A stretch of 64,000 nucleotides of DNA from Antedon mediterranea (Eukaryota > Animalia > Echinodermata): positions 15,996,001 to 16,060,000 of the forward strand of contig NC_092674.1 of NCBI RefSeq assembly GCF_964355755.1, read 5' to 3'. The notes under the pieces were generated by a model. The model saw only the letters and a list, made by a program, of their open reading frames with translations. It ran no database searches and had not been told where the DNA came from. Positions within the stretch are counted from its first letter, which is position 1; every line of letters starts with the position of its first letter. The position numbers and the translations under genes were made by a program. Below, piece by piece: positions 61,301-64,000 of the stretch.

Positions 61301-63741
61301 ATGAACATGTCTCTTACAAAATGTCAGTGTTATATTCTTGTATGCGATATTTATTTGCTATTGTATTTCAACTTTAGAGAGGGTTTGTGTGTTAGCAGGG
61401 CCACGTCAAAATTATACTTTATATAGTAAATATTTAAAGTCTTTAATAATAATATTAATTTATTTGAAACTTTACTTTTACAACAATGGTACACTTTGAT
61501 GATAAAATAAATGCAAAAAAAAAAATTTTGTGTGAAATACAGCATACAAAAGTAAATCAAACTAGACTTGAACTCATCACTTTGACGAGTTAGTTATCCG
61601 CATCACAAACGCCACGCGCATACATTAAGCCTGGTTTAAGTAAAATGCGCACAGAAAAAAGATTTATATGCTATTATGATCTGAATATCACGGACATTGA
61701 ACTTGTCAGTGCTCTCTATTTTGTGTTCAAGTATATAGGCCTACAGTATACTACATACAGTTTAGCTTAGGTGAAAATATGGGACCCGCCTTTAATTAAT
61801 TTTTAACATGATGACGTCTTCAAAATGAAAGACGAAAATAGCACTTTTGGATAAAAATTGTCTGAGCAACAACATATTAACGTGTAAAAGAAATGTGAAT
61901 ATGTAGAATATTGATGCGCGTTCTTTTAAATTCGGTGAACTATGACTCAAAATATGAAAATACAACTCTTATAATTCAACTGGCTATATGTTGACGTCAC
62001 AACATCCGATGCGCAAAATTTGTACATGAATTTGTATCTACAATTCAACAGCTTCCAGAAACGTTTTAATCATGAGTATCACTTTTCATTCATACTGAAA
62101 TTTACTTTTGAACACGCTTTTGTTTGACACAATGTCCGGTTAGCCATATTGATGCATGATCTGATATCTACAACTCATCAACTTCCAGAATATTTAATAA
62201 AAATAAACTTCACCGTTTTGTTTAGAAACTATGACTGTTTAAATAAAGGAATAATTTTGTTGAATTTTTGAACTTTTTCATCAAAAACGCGTTTGAATTG
62301 TCCAATTCGATGTGCTCATATGACGTGATTTTAAGTCTTAATTGTTTAAAAGTTGGAAAAATTACTAGAAAAGGCTGGAAAAACATAATTAACGGCAAAA
62401 AAAAATGTTCTTAATGTTACGTGCACACCAGGTGCGTAAAAAATTGCAAATTTTTACATGCTTAAAATGACATAGAACTTTATTTTTCCTTTCATCAAAT
62501 TTTGTGCGTGCGCGTAACTTTCAACATGAAACAAGACATTTTTTTTCGACAGAAAGTTAGCACAAGATTTAAATTACAGTTTCGCTAAGTTTCAATTTAA
62601 ATTGTTATATGGTTTTCAATCTTATTAAATATGCGAAATTCATAAAATCATGTGTAAGTCCTGTTGCGCAACTCTGACATCATTCAAAAGTAGGAAGTGC
62701 ACAACTTAACGTAAATGGCCATATGTTGACAAATTTTATAAAATGTTATGTTTACACGTTTTAGAGATACGCGAGACACAAAATTGACAGAAAGAAAGAA
62801 TAATACAGAAAAAAAAACATGATTTCATACAATAACAAGGAGTTATCCGCCGAGTGAATGAATCAAAATCATAATTAATAGAATGTAGTGTGAAATACAA
62901 AACATAAATACACGAAATAAATAAAAAAAATGAATCAAAATTAATAAAGTGTGTTGCGTTTAGATACACACAAAAGGCATTTAGAAATAAATTAATTTCA
63001 TGGTATGAATTAAAATAAAGAATATAATGTGTTGGGTGTAATACACAACACTAAGGCATAAAATTAAACAAGATACTTAAAAACTTGTCGACATTAACTA
63101 AACAGAAATCAAAATTACACACAAAAGTGAAGAATAAAATCTTACATTTTTACTCTGGTTCATGGACACAGCTTAAGCATGAGTGAGTCCATGTAACTTG
63201 GAAATATTATGCCCTCCTCTCTTTTCATACAGTAGTATTACCATGTTTTCTTATTTTAATGGACTATTTTATTTGTCTGTCTCTACATGAAGATTCCATG
63301 GCCAAAATTGATTTATACTATACTACTAAGGAGTTTTGCGCAGTTTTATTCATGCTTATTTTTTATGATACAGTATATTATGTTATTATATCAAGATTTT
63401 GATTATGATCACTTTCAGTGTACAACTTGGCGTTGGCTTTGCTGTGTGGATACCAAGCTTTTCGTATCCGCAAATTACCAGGCCAGTTCAATGATTCCAG
63501 ATCAATATCGTTCACGATCCTCACATGTTGTCTGATATGGTTCATCTTCTTAGCATCAATGTTTACCAAGAATGGCTACAATAAGACAATCATTAGCTGT
63601 ATTGGTTTTATTGCAAATGGACTGTCTGCACTTTTCTGTATGTTCTTTCCTAAAGTATGGATAATCTACATGCACCCAGAAATGAATGTTCGACAATCCA
63701 CAATTAATATGAAAAATGCAAGTCATATAGCAATCTCAACT
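52362..63741 (+). CDS. Class C GPCR (mGluR/CaSR-like): signal peptide, Venus-flytrap, 9-Cys domain, 7TM; probably continues past the window
   Basis: Exons: 52362-52997, 53752-53878, 56300-56616, 57947-58143, 58296-58516, 59112-59233, 59345-59531, 60118-60575, 60996-61155, 63419-63741 (donor GTAAGT; otherwise reads through to a stop at 63822). Phases are consistent. Motifs: GDVIIGGLFPVH, LGYDIRDDC, PQISYSAT, YFFRTVPSD, FDNNGD, CSESC...CCWFCEPC, TPTIKA..ELSY, LLMKTNRISRIF, RKLPGQFNDSRSI, FFPKVWII. Confidence 0.95.
54006..54954 (-). mobile_element. Helentron-type family C (AGGTTATATGCAT variant) with a duplicated terminal hairpin
   Basis: gtcactatgacgaattataggttatatgcat ... aggttatatgcatgataatgcatataacct twice; tRNA-like segment on the minus strand at about 54340-54405. 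Confidence 0.75.
54956..55608 (+). mobile_element. Helentron-type family B copy
   Basis: tttaccttcaccaaggatgt ... ggcggaagtatgcactctcggagtggctttCTAGTT. Confidence 0.85.
55612..56165 (-). mobile_element. CR1/Jockey-group RT fragment
   Basis: DLDAFCKWCKTWGMLISVKKCK, LGVVLVLDNKLNF, and a C-terminal LLLLSDYIVLYMI segment. Confidence 0.7.
56664..57851. mobile_element. TIR element containing a palindromic MITE (56776-57208) and a Helentron copy
   Basis: gagagtttattcatgtgaaaagccacaaaagg is inverted at about 57807-57842; cccatatgtgtatacaatgttaaaacaacaatgac is inverted at about 57173-57208. Confidence 0.85.
57210..57653 (-). mobile_element. Helentron-type family B copy, inverted relative to 54956-55608
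   Basis: actagaaagccactccgagagtgcatacctccgcc ... acctctatggcggaggtaaa. Confidence 0.87.
61561..62851 (-). mobile_element. Helentron-type family A copy in GPCR intron 9
   Basis: actagacttgaactcatcactttgacgagttagttatccgc ... caaggagttatccgc; collinear with 18811-20385 apart from an internal deletion. Confidence 0.85.
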
Positions 63742-64000
63742 GTAAGTGGTTCTTTATTTGTACTGTATGTCATTCTGTCTGCATCTGTATTATTGTCAAT
63801 TAAAAATGAAATGAACAATTAATTTGTTTTTTTTATAAAACTATATGATTTTTATACTTATTCTATGTTCCGAAAAATATTTTATAAAATATATTTCATT
63901 AAAATATTTTGCTGGTATTAAATTGATGGAAAAATATCACATTGAAAAAATACTGGTTAGAGGCCACTGCATTACAAAGTGATTTATGACCATCATTGTG

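Overview
AT-rich, intron-rich eukaryotic DNA, probably from a marine invertebrate (deuterostome or echinoderm is an inference from repeat types only). It holds two host genes. (1) A complete mitochondrial intermediate peptidase (MIPEP, M3 metallopeptidase) on the minus strand: 16 coding exons, 5226-27506, 700 aa, all splice phases consistent. (2) A class C GPCR (Venus-flytrap, 9-Cys domain, 7TM) on the plus strand from 52362 to about the window end. The rest is layered, often nested mobile DNA: CR1/L2-, Rex1/Babar-, Tx1/L1- and RTEX-like LINE fragments, a Penelope-like element with inverted pLTRs, minimal hammerhead ribozymes, tRNA-derived Deu/Nin-type SINEs, several non-autonomous Helentron/Helitron2-type families, foldback elements, MITEs and minisatellites. 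The most unusual items are a decayed Ginger-like transposon ORF fusing DDE integrase, OTU deubiquitinase and F-box; in-window paralog evidence for frequent TA-to-TA(N3-4)TA footprint insertions that pile up near gene 5' ends; co-varying terminal hairpins across Helentron families; an orphan spliced ORF pair with acidic repeats and an Arg/Trp tail; and a stray SOCS-box fragment. All calls come from manual reading; no searches were run.
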